In this document: in pieces, positions 38,546 through 49,391 of the stretch
How positions within the stretch are numbered: the first letter of the stretch is position 1
How the letters are laid out: every line of letters starts with the position of its first letter
NCBI RefSeq assembly: GCF_036917775.1
Contig: NZ_JBALEQ010000109.1
Span: forward strand, 34,763-98,762
Reading direction: 5' to 3'
Origin: Nostoc sp.
Lineage (GTDB): Bacteria; Cyanobacteriota; Cyanobacteriia; Cyanobacteriales; Nostocaceae
DNA: 64,000 nucleotides
The notes under the pieces: model-generated
The model's database searches: none
Told to the model about the DNA's origin: nothing
What the model saw: only the letters and a program-made list of their open reading frames with translations
Made by a program: the position numbers and the translations under genes

Positions 38546-40573
38546 ATGACTGTTGCAACCCAATCCGCCAAAGAATTGTCCGTCGAAGAACTGGCTATTA
38601 ACTCGATCCGCTTCTTGGCTATTGATGCCGTAGAAAAGGCAAAATCGGGACACCCAGGACTACCAATGGGCGCGGCTCCGATGGCTTTTGTCCTCTGGGA
38701 TCGCTTTTTGAAGTTTAATCCCAAAAATCCCAAGTGGTTTAACCGCGATCGCTTTGTCTTGTCTGCCGGTCATGGCTCAATGTTGCAGTACGCCCTACTG
38801 TACCTGACAGGCTACGATAGCGTCACCATTGAAGATATCAAGCAATTCCGTCAATGGGAATCCAAAACCCCTGGACACCCCGAAAACTTCATGACCCCAG
38901 GCGTGGAAGTCACAACTGGGCCCTTGGGTCAAGGAATTGCCAATGGAGTTGGTTTAGCGATCGCCGAAGCGCACCTTGCCGCTAAATTTAACAAACCTGA
39001 TACCAAGATTGTTGACCATTACACCTACGTAATTTTAGGTGACGGTTGCAACATGGAAGGTATTTCTGGTGAAGCTGCTTCTTTCGCAGGACACTTGGGA
39101 TTAGGCAAACTCATCGCTTTGTACGACGACAACCACATTTCCATCGACGGTTCCACAGATGTAGCATTCACCGAAGATGTTTCCAAGCGGTTTGAAGCTT
39201 ACGGTTGGCACGTTCTCCACGTTGAAGACGGCAATACCGATTTAGCAGCGATCGCCAAAGCAATTGAAGAAGCTAAAGCTGTCACCGATAAACCATCAAT
39301 GATTAAGGTGACAACCACCATCGGTTACGGTTCCCCCAACAAACAAAACACTGCCGGTATTCACGGTGCTGCTTTGGGTGGAGACGAAATAGCCTTGACT
39401 CGGAAAAATCTGGGTTGGGAATATGAGCCTTTTGATGTTCCACAAGAAGCCCTCAACCACACACGCAAAGCAGTTGAACGCGGCGCAGGTTACGAAGAAG
39501 AATGGAACAAAACATTTGCCGACTACAAAGCTAAGTATGCCCAAGAAGCGGCTGAGTTTGAACGCTACCTAAGCGGCAAGCTACCAGACGGTTGGGATAA
39601 GGTACTACCCACCTATACCCCAGAAGACAAAGGATTGCCTACCCGCAAACATTCAGAAACCTGCCTCAACAAACTAGCGACAGTTTTACCTGAATTGATT
39701 GGTGGTTCGGCTGACTTAACCCACTCCAACTTGACCGAAATCAAGGGTAAGGGCGACTTCCAAAAAGGTCACTACGAAAACCCCAACATCCACTTTGGTG
39801 TGCGGGAACACGCGATGGGCGCAATCTGTAATGGTATCGCGCTGCACACTTCAGGCTTAATCCCCTACGGTGCTACCTTCTTAATCTTCACAGATTATAT
39901 GCGTGCTGCCATCCGCTTATCCGCCCTTTCTCAAGCTGGCGCGATTTGGGTGATGACTCACGATTCCATTGGACAAGGTGAAGATGGCCCTACACACCAA
40001 CCCATTGAAACTCTGGCTTCCTTGAGAGCCATTCCTAATTTATTAGTGTTTCGTCCCGCAGACGGTAACGAAACCTCTGGCGCTTATAAAGTAGCGATCG
40101 AGAAAGCGAAGCAAAACGCTCCATCTCTATTGGCATTCACTCGTCAAAACGTCCCCAACTTGGCAGGTACATCAATTGAAGGCGTAGCGAAGGGTGGATA
40201 CACCGTAGTAGATAGCGAAGGTACACCTGAAATCATCTTGATTGCTACTGGTTCAGAATTGAGCCTCGCCGTCGGTGCAGCCGAAAAACTCAAGGCTGAA
40301 GGTAAGAAAGTCCGTGTTGTCTCGCTACCTTCATGGGAACTCTTTGAAGCACAGGATGCAGCTTATAAAGAGTCTGTTCTACCAAAAGCTGTCACCAAGC
40401 GTTTGTCTGTAGAAGCTGGTAGCAGTTTCGGTTGGCACAAATACGTGGGTACTGAAGGCGATTGCGTTAGTATCGATCGCTTTGGTGCTTCAGCTCCAGG
40501 TAATGTTTGTCTAGAGAAGTTTGGCTTTAGCGTTGATAATGTGTTAGCTAAGGCTAAACAATTGTTGGGTTAA
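38546..40573 (+). CDS. tkt: Transketolase
   Basis: [50 protein letters not shown]. Confidence 0.98.
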   Translation: MTVATQSAKELSVEELAINSIRFLAIDAVEKAKSGHPGLPMGAAPMAFVLWDRFLKFNPKNPKWFNRDRFVLSAGHGSMLQYALLYLTGYDSVTIEDIKQFRQWESKTPGHPENFMTPGVEVTTGPLGQGIANGVGLAIAEAHLAAKFNKPDTKIVDHYTYVILGDGCNMEGISGEAASFAGHLGLGKLIALYDDNHISIDGSTDVAFTEDVSKRFEAYGWHVLHVEDGNTDLAAIAKAIEEAKAVTDKPSMIKVTTTIGYGSPNKQNTAGIHGAALGGDEIALTRKNLGWEYEPFDVPQEALNHTRKAVERGAGYEEEWNKTFADYKAKYAQEAAEFERYLSGKLPDGWDKVLPTYTPEDKGLPTRKHSETCLNKLATVLPELIGGSADLTHSNLTEIKGKGDFQKGHYENPNIHFGVREHAMGAICNGIALHTSGLIPYGATFLIFTDYMRAAIRLSALSQAGAIWVMTHDSIGQGEDGPTHQPIETLASLRAIPNLLVFRPADGNETSGAYKVAIEKAKQNAPSLLAFTRQNVPNLAGTSIEGVAKGGYTVVDSEGTPEIILIATGSELSLAVGAAEKLKAEGKKVRVVSLPSWELFEAQDAAYKESVLPKAVTKRLSVEAGSSFGWHKYVGTEGDCVSIDRFGASAPGNVCLEKFGFSVDNVLAKAKQLLG

Positions 40574-40621
40574 TAGCAACAGAATATTCTCAATATTCTC
40601 AATATTCTCAAAATTTTGTGA

Positions 40622-40648
40622 GGTGGGCATATTGCCCGCCTTTTTTTT
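40622..40648 (+). terminator. tkt terminator
   Basis: ggtgggc-atatt-gcccgcc followed by T8. Confidence 0.8.
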
Positions 40649-40739
40649 ACGCAGAAGAAGATTGTTTATAGATATGTGTGCTTTAATGGTGGGCGGCTTT
40701 TGTTCGTTCATGAATTTTCATCACACACAACGATCACCA

Positions 40740-42086
40740 ATGCTCCTCACACACAAAGAAAAAATTTTAAAATTTAGCTTGCTTCTACCCAGCTTCTTCA
40801 GCTTGTTCCTGTTTGGCTCCACTGTCAAAGCTGCTGCGATCGCTAATTGGCATTTTGATAGCAATCGTAATCATCTGGATTTTACGACAGACGAGAATAT
40901 TCAACCCAAAGTACAATTACTTACCAATCCAACCCGTCTGGTAATTGATTTACCTGGAGTTAAACTAGGATATCCACAGACTAGTCAAAGAGTGGGGTTA
41001 GTAATTAAAGACATTAGCATCGGGCAGTTTAATACAGATACTACCCGTATGGTCGTTACCTTAGCACCCAATTACACTTTCGACTTAGCACAGGTGAAGC
41101 TGCAAGAGGAATCTCTCAATCATTGGTCTGTGCAGTTACCCAAGCCGATACAATTGACTGCAACCCAGCCAAACATTTTAGAAATAACTCCGACTCAATC
41201 GAGTATTTCTCCAACAGTAAGTGATAATAGCACTCTGTTTGCTGGCGTAATTCCTATGCACTCACCGATGAAAGCGCTGGAACCGCAGATTAAAGCCTTG
41301 ATGAATCGTTACAGTTTCCTGAAAACAGGAATGTTTTTCCTAGATTTGGATACTGGGGATTATTTGGATGTTGGGGGCGATCGCGTTTTCCCCGCAGCTA
41401 GTACGATTAAATTGCCAATTCTCATTGCCTTTTTCCAAGATTTAGATGCGGGTAAAGTCACCCTTCAGGAAAACCTGACTATGCGACGTGACTTAGTAAC
41501 CAATGGTTCTGGAACTATGCAGTATGAGCGAGTTGGCAAGAAGTATACAGCTTTGGAAACCATCACTAAGATGATTACCATTAGTGATAATACCGCCACC
41601 AATATGATTATCGATCGCTTAGGTGGAGCTACAAAACTAAATCAGCGCTTCCGTAACTGGGGACTGAAAGACACAGTAATTCGTCATCTTTTGGCTGATT
41701 TGAGAGGAACCAACACCACAAGTTCTCAAGATATGGCGCGAGTGCTGGCTTTAGTTGTGAATAACAAGCTAGTTTCTCCACAAAGTCGGGAGCAAGCTTT
41801 GGATATTCTGCGTCACACTACAATTCACACACTGCTTCCCGCAGGTTTAGGAAAAGGTGCAGTCATAGCCAACAAAACCGGAGATATCGGGTTTCTCATT
41901 GGTGATGCCGGATTTGTGACTATGCCAAATGGTAAACGTTATTTAGCGGCTATCTTCGTCACACGTCCCTATAAGGACACTAGAGGGAGAGACTTTATCC
42001 GTCAAGTTTCCCAACTAGTTTACGATTATCTGAATCAGACTAATCCACTCGCTGCGGTTGGTTCATCTAACAGTGCTACGAGATAG
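40740..42086 (+). CDS. AMIN-domain plus class A beta-lactamase-like serine hydrolase (PBP-A type)
   Basis: Signal peptide, AMIN motif NPTRLVIDLPG, SxxK (ASTIK), SDN, KTG; start moved to MLLTH because the longer ORF begins inside the tkt terminator. Confidence 0.88.
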   Translation: MLLTHKEKILKFSLLLPSFFSLFLFGSTVKAAAIANWHFDSNRNHLDFTTDENIQPKVQLLTNPTRLVIDLPGVKLGYPQTSQRVGLVIKDISIGQFNTDTTRMVVTLAPNYTFDLAQVKLQEESLNHWSVQLPKPIQLTATQPNILEITPTQSSISPTVSDNSTLFAGVIPMHSPMKALEPQIKALMNRYSFLKTGMFFLDLDTGDYLDVGGDRVFPAASTIKLPILIAFFQDLDAGKVTLQENLTMRRDLVTNGSGTMQYERVGKKYTALETITKMITISDNTATNMIIDRLGGATKLNQRFRNWGLKDTVIRHLLADLRGTNTTSSQDMARVLALVVNNKLVSPQSREQALDILRHTTIHTLLPAGLGKGAVIANKTGDIGFLIGDAGFVTMPNGKRYLAAIFVTRPYKDTRGRDFIRQVSQLVYDYLNQTNPLAAVGSSNSATR

Positions 42087-42114
42087 AAGACGCAACTGTT
42101 ACTTTGAGTGAACG

Positions 42115-42142
42115 TAGGGGCGCAAGGTCTTACGCCCCTACT
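42115..42142. repeat. GTAG-type REP-like palindrome
   Basis: gtaggggcg-caaggtctta-cgcccctac. Confidence 0.7.
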
Positions 42143-42200
42143 ACTTTCCTGCTATACCCCGATTAATCGCTGGGGTTTATCCATTGCTGCTACTCAAAAT

Positions 42201-42224
42201 AAAAAACCCCACCTGATGGCGGGG
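42201..42224 (-). terminator. Porin terminator
   Basis: Minus strand ccccgcc-atca-ggtgggg followed by T6. Confidence 0.75.
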
Positions 42225-42263
42225 AAAAATAAAGTTCTAAATTATCAATGGATAGTCAACAGT

Positions 42264-43973
42264 CTAGAAGGTGAAAGTTGTTCTGAGTGTACCGATAATT
42301 GCATCATCGTTAGCGCTGCTCTGACCAGGAGAGGTCAACCAAATTACACCAGGGGTAACAGAGATATTATCCGATACGCGATACTTGTAGAAGCCTTCAA
42401 AGTGATATGGTATGTCATTGTTGCCACCAAAACCTGGACGGTTAAAGGAATAGGGTTCTGCGCCTGCAAAAATACCTAAAACGTTACCCTTTTTGCCGAA
42501 ATCAGGTAAGGCTACACCTAAACCATAGCTCCAAGCTTCATAATCATCATTTGCACCGAAGCCACTGACATCGTGGTAAGAGACGAAGCCACTAACTGAT
42601 AGTTTGTCGCTGGGTCTAAATGCAGCTGACACACCGTAGGAGTTGCTGGAACCTGCACCTAGTAGAGTGTTAGCTTGTCCAGTACCTACTGGAACAATAT
42701 TCCCGTCTGTCGTCGAACCGGAGTCGAACAAGAAACCACCAGCGCTATATCCGTGGACATAAGTGGCAGCTAAAGCCAAGCGATCGCCAACACTAAAGTT
42801 CAACTGTCCTAAAGCAGCATAATCGCCGTTGGTCAGACCGGAACTAAGAGCAGGATCATTAGCTTGCGATGCCAAGTAACCAGCAGTGATTGAGCTATTT
42901 CCCAAAAGACCCTGACCTTTACCAAGAGGTAAATTGAGCGCTATACCTGCACCGCCACCAATCCGATAAATGGGACTTTCAGAAGCAAAGGTGGATAAAG
43001 CGCCGTTACCGCCATCAGTGTTGTCGAAAAAGTAAGGATTGTTGACAGCAGCATAATGGCTGTGTCGTCCGCCACTGGCTGCCAAGTATACATTGGCTGG
43101 GCCTACAGGAACTTCATAGGTCAATCGGTCTATCCGCACAGCATTGTTACCAGTGCTACCGATTTCAAATGTTTGTGTGCCTTCAAAAGTATTGATCGCA
43201 CCACCAGCGTTATCAAATTGTGTGAAAGCTGTTGCATTCCCTGCTGCGAGACGGGTATGTAAAATGTCTCTACCAGTGAAGCTGGTTTGCAAGTCCAAAC
43301 GTACCCGATCTTGGAAGACTGTATTGTTGTTGTCACCAGTGTTACCACCAAACACATCAGTAACGGCAAAAATGGCTTCACCGACTAGTTTTGTAGTGGT
43401 GGAGAACTGATTGGCTTCCAATTCAGCAGTCCGCGCTTCTAGGGAATCTACGCGACCGCGTAGGGTTGCCAATTCTGCGGAAAATTCTTCTTGTAAACGC
43501 TGTAGGGTAGCTAAATCTTGTTTTGTCACCAAGTCAGCTGTTGCTGTGGCAATCAACTCATTAACGCGATCCAAACAGGCGTTCAAACCAGCAGCAAATT
43601 CATAACGGGTCAAAGCACGATTACCACGGTAAGTGGCATTCGGATAACCTGCAATACAACCATAGCGTTCAACCAAGGACTGCAATGCTTGGAATGCCCA
43701 GTCAGTGGGTTGTACGTCGGAAAATTGCGAAACCGATGTTACTTGAGACTGAGAGTTATTTTGGTTGCCTTCGTTGCTGTAACGATTAACTTGATCTATC
43801 GTTGTTTGAGCCAACAATTCTGGCTGTTGGGCAACTTCAGCTACACCTGCTTGTTTTGCTGGTGCTACTTCAGTGGTTGTGTTTGGAGCTGCAATTGCCG
43901 TTGTCGAAACTAACAACGTTGCCCCCAAAACTGCTGGGCTAACCACTAAGGATTTCCATAATAGATTAGACAT
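42264..43973 (-). CDS. SLH-domain outer-membrane porin (second paralogue)
   Basis: MSNLLWKSL signal peptide, same SLH motif as 4700-6391, C-terminal LRTTFTF. Confidence 0.93.
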   Translation of the reverse strand: MSNLLWKSLVVSPAVLGATLLVSTTAIAAPNTTTEVAPAKQAGVAEVAQQPELLAQTTIDQVNRYSNEGNQNNSQSQVTSVSQFSDVQPTDWAFQALQSLVERYGCIAGYPNATYRGNRALTRYEFAAGLNACLDRVNELIATATADLVTKQDLATLQRLQEEFSAELATLRGRVDSLEARTAELEANQFSTTTKLVGEAIFAVTDVFGGNTGDNNNTVFQDRVRLDLQTSFTGRDILHTRLAAGNATAFTQFDNAGGAINTFEGTQTFEIGSTGNNAVRIDRLTYEVPVGPANVYLAASGGRHSHYAAVNNPYFFDNTDGGNGALSTFASESPIYRIGGGAGIALNLPLGKGQGLLGNSSITAGYLASQANDPALSSGLTNGDYAALGQLNFSVGDRLALAATYVHGYSAGGFLFDSGSTTDGNIVPVGTGQANTLLGAGSSNSYGVSAAFRPSDKLSVSGFVSYHDVSGFGANDDYEAWSYGLGVALPDFGKKGNVLGIFAGAEPYSFNRPGFGGNNDIPYHFEGFYKYRVSDNISVTPGVIWLTSPGQSSANDDAIIGTLRTTFTF

Positions 43974-44630
43974 TTTTTCTTTACTCCTCACACCTTGTTT
44001 AGATAATTGGTTTCGTTCCACCTAATTCTCGAAAATGCGACATCTCATCGAAACCTATGGATGAGGCATAATTGCCACTACTACAATTTTAGTTTTTGCA
44101 AAGCTAATAAACGATTAACTTGGAGTTAAAAACTGATGTGATTAACTTATGCAAAAACATATCTTTATATCATAACATTATAAAACATCTGATCTAGATG
44201 GCAAGATTGGAGCGATCGGCTTAATAACTGTCACACATAGCTGTCTATATATATAAGCAGGGAGTAAAGTTTAGGGCATTTAGTTCCTACTTGGCTAAAT
44301 TGCTGCAAGTCTTCTATACTTAGCATCTTGCAGATAAAAACTACTTCTTACACTTAGCGTGTAGAAATTGCACACCAGTTGAAATCCACTGGCGCGGCTA
44401 TAACAAACGTAGCAAAGCCTTTCAGGAGCGTAGTTGCCTGGTATTTTTGGAATAAAAACAATAATCAGGAATCAAGTTTTTTGAAATCCGCGCACTGTCA
44501 AGAAAAACGCATACCCTTGCTCTTAATCAAGCTACAGGTTAGTTTTACTCTCATGAGTACAGATAGGCGTGTTTTGTCTTTGTTGCTGTTACTTTACAGT
44601 CGCCTGGTGCAAGATATCAGAAGAAATCAC

Positions 44631-44912
44631 TTATTTAATTTGGGAAATCGTCTGCGCTACATCAAAGTCTGCCTGTGTTAGTCCGCCTGCATCATGGCTT
44701 GTAAGTGTAATCTTCACTTTGTTGTAGGAAATCTCTATGTCTGGATGATGTCCTGCTGACTCAGCTGGTTCCACCAGTTTATTAACGAACTCAATTGCTT
44801 GGATAAAATCCTTGAATGTGCGAGTAATATACAACTTAGATTCTTCGACAGTCCAACCTGACAAAACCTTTGCCTGCTCTTGAATTTCCGTTTTCGTGAG
44901 TAGTTGTGTCAT
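44631..44912 (-). CDS. Pterin-4-alpha-carbinolamine dehydratase
   Basis: F-x-D-F-x-x-A, AGHHPDI, LTSHDAGGLT-x-x-D motifs. Confidence 0.93.
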   Translation of the reverse strand: MTQLLTKTEIQEQAKVLSGWTVEESKLYITRTFKDFIQAIEFVNKLVEPAESAGHHPDIEISYNKVKITLTSHDAGGLTQADFDVAQTISQIK

Positions 44913-45189
44913 GTCAACAAATTCCTACTTATATATTTGTTACATCTTGCATTTGACAGAAATATAACCACTTCATTTTCCACATATACAAGGATGGGAA
45001 GATCAGCTAATGCCTAATGCGTGTGTATATATTTAAATCAGGCTAAGTAAATAAATGCTGTAGCTCACATTTGGTCATACACCAAAGTTGGATGCAAGAT
45101 ATTTTTATTTTTAAGAGAACTTAAACGCATTGGCTTTATCCATCGCCTGTATTGCTATCTAAGTTTTAAAAAGTCACCCATAAAAAACT

Positions 45190-45440
45190 ATCCGCTCTGA
45201 TTTTGATCGGATGATCTAAATCAGAGCGGTCTAGCGGGTCTTCAGGTTGCAACCAGACTGCCGGAAGGAACTCCGAGCTTGCCTAGCTACTTGAGCTAAC
45301 TTAGTATCTCAAAGATAACCAAGGCTAACTTTTAGAGAACAGCCCCGGCACACAGCCGGCTAACTGCAACCTGATGACCCACGCATTTACTACTTTCTAT
45401 CATGGGCATCACCTCCTTATTGCCTAAGCGGTCTTAGTTT
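45190..45440 (-). ncRNA. Putative structured RNA locus, possibly carrying a 23-aa ORF (45332-45403); identity unknown
   Basis: Long-range stem gggtc-t-tcaggttgca / tgcaacctga-t-gaccc, terminal hairpin ccgctctgattt / aaatcagagcgg, GGAGGTGA 8 nt before ATG. Confidence 0.45.
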
Positions 45441-45519
45441 TAAAAGGGCAGAGTATTTACTCTGGGTTTATAACCTTCACCTAACATAACACATAAATTT
45501 AGAGAAATTAACTATATAT

Positions 45520-45549
45520 AAAAAAATCTCCCGCCTTTTGGTGGGAGAT
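45520..45549 (-). terminator. psbD terminator
   Basis: atctcccgcc-tttt-ggtgggagat with an adjacent A run (T run on the minus strand). Confidence 0.75.
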
Positions 45550-45669
45550 GACTGGAGAATGGGGAATATTGACACTTTATTAGCTTATGCCAAGGAGATT
45601 ATTTAATCTGGCTGATGTCAATTTTTGCCAACCACAACTCTAATTTAAGTCATGGTCAAATTTGAATTC

Positions 45670-46725
45670 TTAGAGAGCGTTACCGCGAGGTAGAACTTCT
45701 TCAGGGAATACAAATTGTTCGTGGGGTTGATCTTGAGGAGCCATCCAAGCGCGGATACCCTCGTTCAGCAAAATGTTTTTGGTATAGAAGGTTTCAAACT
45801 CAGGGTCTTCCGCCGCCCGTAATTCTTGGGAGACGAAATCATAAGCTCGTAGGTTGAGTGCTAAACCGACGATGCCGACGGCACTCATCCACAAACCTGT
45901 GACTGGCACGAACAACATAAAAAAGTGCAACCAGCGTTTGTTTGAGAAAGCAATCCCGAAAATCTGTGACCAGAAACGGTTTGCTGTCACCATTGAATAG
46001 GTTTCTTCTGACTGGGTGGGATTGAAGGCGCGGAAGGTGTTAGCTCCATCTCCGTCTTCAAACAAGGTGTTTTCTACTGTTGCACCGTGAATAGCACACA
46101 GTAGCGCACCACCCAATACACCAGCAACACCCATCATGTGGAAGGGGTTGAGTGTCCAGTTGTGGAAGCCTTGCAAGAATAGCAGGAACCGGAAAATTGC
46201 CGCTACGCCAAAGCTGGGTGCAAAGAACCAGCTTGATTGTCCCAAGGGGTACATCAGGAATACGCTGACGAATACTGCAATGGGAGCTGAGAAGGCGAGG
46301 GCGTTATAAGGACGGATTCCTACTAGACGCGCAATTTCAAATTGCCGTAACATGAAGCCAATCAAACCGAAGGCTCCGTGTAGGGCAACGAATGGCCACA
46401 AGCCACCCAGTTGGAACCAACGGGTGAGGTCGCCTTGAGCTTCTGGTCCCCATAACAGCAATAGGGAATGTCCCATGCTGTCGGCGGGGGTGGATACTGC
46501 CACTGTTAGGAAGTTAGCACCTTCTAGGTAGGAGGAGGCTAATCCGTGGGTGTACCAAGAGGTGACGAAGGTGGTGCCGGTCAGCCAACCGCCTAGTGCT
46601 AGGAAGGCGCAGGGGAACAACAGTATCCCTGACCAACCTACGAATACGAAGCGATCGCGCTTGAGCCAGTCGTCTAGAACGTCAAACCACCCTCTACTGG
46701 GCGCACGTCCAACTGCGATGGTCAT
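45670..46725 (-). CDS. psbD: Photosystem II D2 protein, monocistronic copy (no psbC overlap)
   Basis: [42 protein letters not shown]-terminal PRGNAL. Confidence 0.99.
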   Translation of the reverse strand: MTIAVGRAPSRGWFDVLDDWLKRDRFVFVGWSGILLFPCAFLALGGWLTGTTFVTSWYTHGLASSYLEGANFLTVAVSTPADSMGHSLLLLWGPEAQGDLTRWFQLGGLWPFVALHGAFGLIGFMLRQFEIARLVGIRPYNALAFSAPIAVFVSVFLMYPLGQSSWFFAPSFGVAAIFRFLLFLQGFHNWTLNPFHMMGVAGVLGGALLCAIHGATVENTLFEDGDGANTFRAFNPTQSEETYSMVTANRFWSQIFGIAFSNKRWLHFFMLFVPVTGLWMSAVGIVGLALNLRAYDFVSQELRAAEDPEFETFYTKNILLNEGIRAWMAPQDQPHEQFVFPEEVLPRGNAL

Positions 46726-46829
46726 TAGAGCAAATCTCCAAATGTTTATAAGTACAGGTTGTATCTGTATTATAGATGGCTAAATAAAAGCCTTCCATAA
46801 GCAGAAAGTTAACCGGGTTGTTAACCAAG

Positions 46830-46847
46830 TTTACAATTTTTTACACA
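46830..46847. promoter_or_regulatory. Candidate HLR1 (RpaB) site upstream of psbD
   Basis: TTTACAAT-TT-TTTACACA versus (G/T)TTACA(T/A)(T/A)-N2-(G/T)TTACA(T/A)(T/A); one mismatch. Confidence 0.55.
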
Positions 46848-47079
46848 CCTTTAATCATATTAGGTGTAAATCGCTAATTTTTCTAGGGGTTTTGTAATAA
46901 AAATTAATTTTTTACCCAGACGAGGTAGATAAAGCAGGGCAACAAGAGAGGAAAGAGGTAATTTGAATTCTCCCCCTTGCTCCCTGCGCCCTGCCCCTCT
47001 GCCTCTTCCAATGCCCATTTCCCTAGAATCACTCAGCTGACGCTAAAATGAGTCCACAGTTAAATTTGATTATTGCTAA

Positions 47080-47352
47080 ATGTTTACCATCGATTTAAGC
47101 ATCAGAAACACTGCTTTCCCTATTTCGGTACAACGTAAGTCAGCAGAGGATGCTGAGGCTGTCTATCAGCTTATTTTGGCAGCAATCCGTTCTGGGAATC
47201 CTGACATTGTGGAACTCAAGTGTGAGGGCAAGACAGAGAAAAAAATTGCTGTCCGCGCTAGTGAAATTTCTGGGGTGCAGATTGTTCAGAAAGATGGTAC
47301 AACCCCTGGTGGTGGAAGACCACCTGGATTTTTCGCTGTAGCTGCTGAGTAA
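47080..47352 (+). CDS. Conserved cyanobacterial small protein (UPF0367-like)
   Basis: MFTIDLSIRNTAFPISVQRK...ELKCE...EISGVQ pattern; upstream of the ABC ATPase. Confidence 0.75.
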   Translation: MFTIDLSIRNTAFPISVQRKSAEDAEAVYQLILAAIRSGNPDIVELKCEGKTEKKIAVRASEISGVQIVQKDGTTPGGGRPPGFFAVAAE

Positions 47353-47365
47353 CCAAGGTTGACAA

Positions 47366-48043
47366 ATGGCTCAAGTGGGCATTGAGGTCAAGGATTTAAA
47401 TTTCAGTTGGCCAAATGGAGAGAAAGTTATCAAATCTTGCTCTTTAGAAGTACCCAAGGGTGAGTTTTGGATGCTCTTGGGTACAAATGGCAGTGGAAAA
47501 TCAACGTTACTTAGACTGCTGGCGGGGTTATTGGCTCCTGAATCTGGCGAAATTAGGGTTTTACACCCCGTTGGCTTTGTCTTCCAAAATCCAGATCATC
47601 AACTGGTGATGCCAACTGTTGGTGCGGATGTGGCTTTTGGATTGGTGGAAGAAAAGTTGCCACCTGCTGCCACTAGAGCCAGGGTTGAGGAGGCGTTAGG
47701 AGCGGTGAATTTGCTTACTTTGCAACGACGACCTATTTATGCACTCTCTGGGGGACAGAAACAACGAGTGGCGATCGCAGGTGCGATCGCCCGTCGCTGT
47801 GAAGTCTTATTATTAGATGAACCCACTGCCTTACTAGATCCAGATAGCCAGTTAGATTTAGTTGCTAGTGTCCGTCGTCTTGTCAAAAGTCGAGGGATAA
47901 CAGCTTTGTGGGTAACACATCGATTAGATGAGTTAAATTACTGTGACGGCGCTTTTTTGCTAGAAAAAGGCTCTCTGGTAGATAAAGGTGAAGCCCAACG
48001 CCTCAAACAACGTCTGATGGAGGTACACAGCGAAGCCTCTTAA
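47366..48043 (+). CDS. ECF-type (CbiO/EcfA-like) ABC ATPase
   Basis: GTNGSGKST, VFQNPDHQ, LSGGQKQR, LLLDEPT. Confidence 0.9.
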   Translation: MAQVGIEVKDLNFSWPNGEKVIKSCSLEVPKGEFWMLLGTNGSGKSTLLRLLAGLLAPESGEIRVLHPVGFVFQNPDHQLVMPTVGADVAFGLVEEKLPPAATRARVEEALGAVNLLTLQRRPIYALSGGQKQRVAIAGAIARRCEVLLLDEPTALLDPDSQLDLVASVRRLVKSRGITALWVTHRLDELNYCDGAFLLEKGSLVDKGEAQRLKQRLMEVHSEAS

Positions 48044-48051
48044 TTGAGTAA

Positions 48052-48078
48052 TGAGTGCTGAGTGCTGAGTGCTGAGTG
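48052..48078. repeat. Heptamer array TGAGTGC x4
   Basis: Direct reading. Confidence 0.85.
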
Positions 48079-48133
48079 AATAAGTACAATGAGTTGTACT
48101 TAGCACTCCTGAATACTACTAAAAAAGAACTGT

Positions 48134-48162
48134 AACGCGCCTTTATTTAAAAGGCGCGTTTT
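48134..48162 (+). terminator. Terminator after the ABC ATPase
   Basis: aacgcgccttt-attta-aaaggcgcgtt followed by tt. Confidence 0.75.
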
Positions 48163-48307
48163 AAGTTGGTGCGTCTATTTGAGGCTTGGGTTTTGTGAGG
48201 TAGCCGTATTTTTTATTCTGTGTAGCATAGTGTTACAGACAATCCATCAATTATTATAAAACTTATGAATGAATTTTGTTAACTCTAGAAAATTGTGATT
48301 AAAAACC

Positions 48308-48859
48308 ATGCCCCGTTCCTTACTCCAAGCCGTTTTGTTAGTGGACGGCTACAATATAATAGGTGCTTGGCCTTGCCTTAAAAAAACGCGTGATAGCGTT
48401 GGATTAGAGGCCGCACGGGGCGAACTTGTGGAAGCAATGACTGGTTATAGTGCGTTTCAAGGTTATACAACTCAGATAGTTTTTGATGCCCAATATCAGA
48501 ATTCTTCTAGCAATAAAGAAATAATTACTGAGCTTTTATCAGTTTATTACACTGATTTTGGGCAGACAGCAGATACTTATATTGAAAAATCCTGTGCTTC
48601 TTTTCGTCACCAAATAGCCCAATCTTTAATTTCTCGTGTGATTGTTGCTACATCAGATCGGGCGCAGCAGTTGATGATACAGGGGTATGGGGCTGAATGG
48701 TTGTCGGCGCAACAACTTTGTGGGGAAGTGGAAGCCACTGTCTGCCGGATGCGACAAAAGTATCATACGCGGAAACAATCTAAAAGTAGGTTTTTAGCTA
48801 ATGCTATTGATGCTAAAGCACGGCAGCGTCTGGCTGAATTACGAATGGGATTACAGTAG
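48308..48859 (+). CDS. NYN-domain YacP/Rae1-like ribonuclease
   Basis: LLVDGYNII, IVFDA, QTADTYIE, VATSD motifs. Confidence 0.88.
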   Translation: MPRSLLQAVLLVDGYNIIGAWPCLKKTRDSVGLEAARGELVEAMTGYSAFQGYTTQIVFDAQYQNSSSNKEIITELLSVYYTDFGQTADTYIEKSCASFRHQIAQSLISRVIVATSDRAQQLMIQGYGAEWLSAQQLCGEVEATVCRMRQKYHTRKQSKSRFLANAIDAKARQRLAELRMGLQ

Positions 48860-49005
48860 ATTATCTAGTATTTAAGAGTCTCTGCTTAAGTTACTGAATG
48901 GATTTTGGCTTCAAAAAATTATCTAAATTAAGTTTCTAAAAAAAATATTGGCGAAAGTACTTGCCAAATCTTATTTTTAGCCCTAAGATTATAAATCGTG
49001 AGTGG

Positions 49006-49077
<72 letters not shown>

Positions 49078-49303
49078 TTTATCAATTTTGGATTTTAAAT
49101 TTTGGATTATCCATAAGAAACTTATGGTCGCTTGACTCGGCTGTGACGTTTCTGAGTGATGGATATTTTGGTGCTTGTTCTAAACAAGTGCTGGAGGTTC
49201 AACAAAGATTGCGATCGCATCAATGGTTTGTTTTGCACTATTAGCAGTAGACATTGGGCTATTTGCTAAATAAATATTTTTATTGGATACCACGTTTAGG
49301 GCA

Positions 49304-49331
49304 AGAGACGCGATGAATCGCCGTCTCTACA
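49304..49331 (-). repeat. REP-like hairpin (left flank of the ATPase cassette)
   Basis: Reverse complement tgtagagacggcgattcatcgcgtctct. Confidence 0.8.
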
Positions 49332-49391
49332 AATCGGGTGCTATTCTTTTAGGTGATTGCACTTAAGCTGAAACTAGGATAAACGCTTTAC

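Noticed and set aside
40623-40739. Longer N-terminus of the AMIN/serine hydrolase
   Set aside because: It starts inside the tkt terminator hairpin; ATG at 40740 gives a normal signal peptide
44379-44681. 100-aa ORF convergent with and overlapping PCD
   Set aside because: TTG start, no recognisable motif, overlaps a real gene
45232-45390. Calling the rod-shaped RNA 6S (ssaA)
   Set aside because: The shape is compatible, but I cannot confirm the sequence motifs and the strong SD/ORF suggests the opposite strand; left unassigned pending an Rfam search
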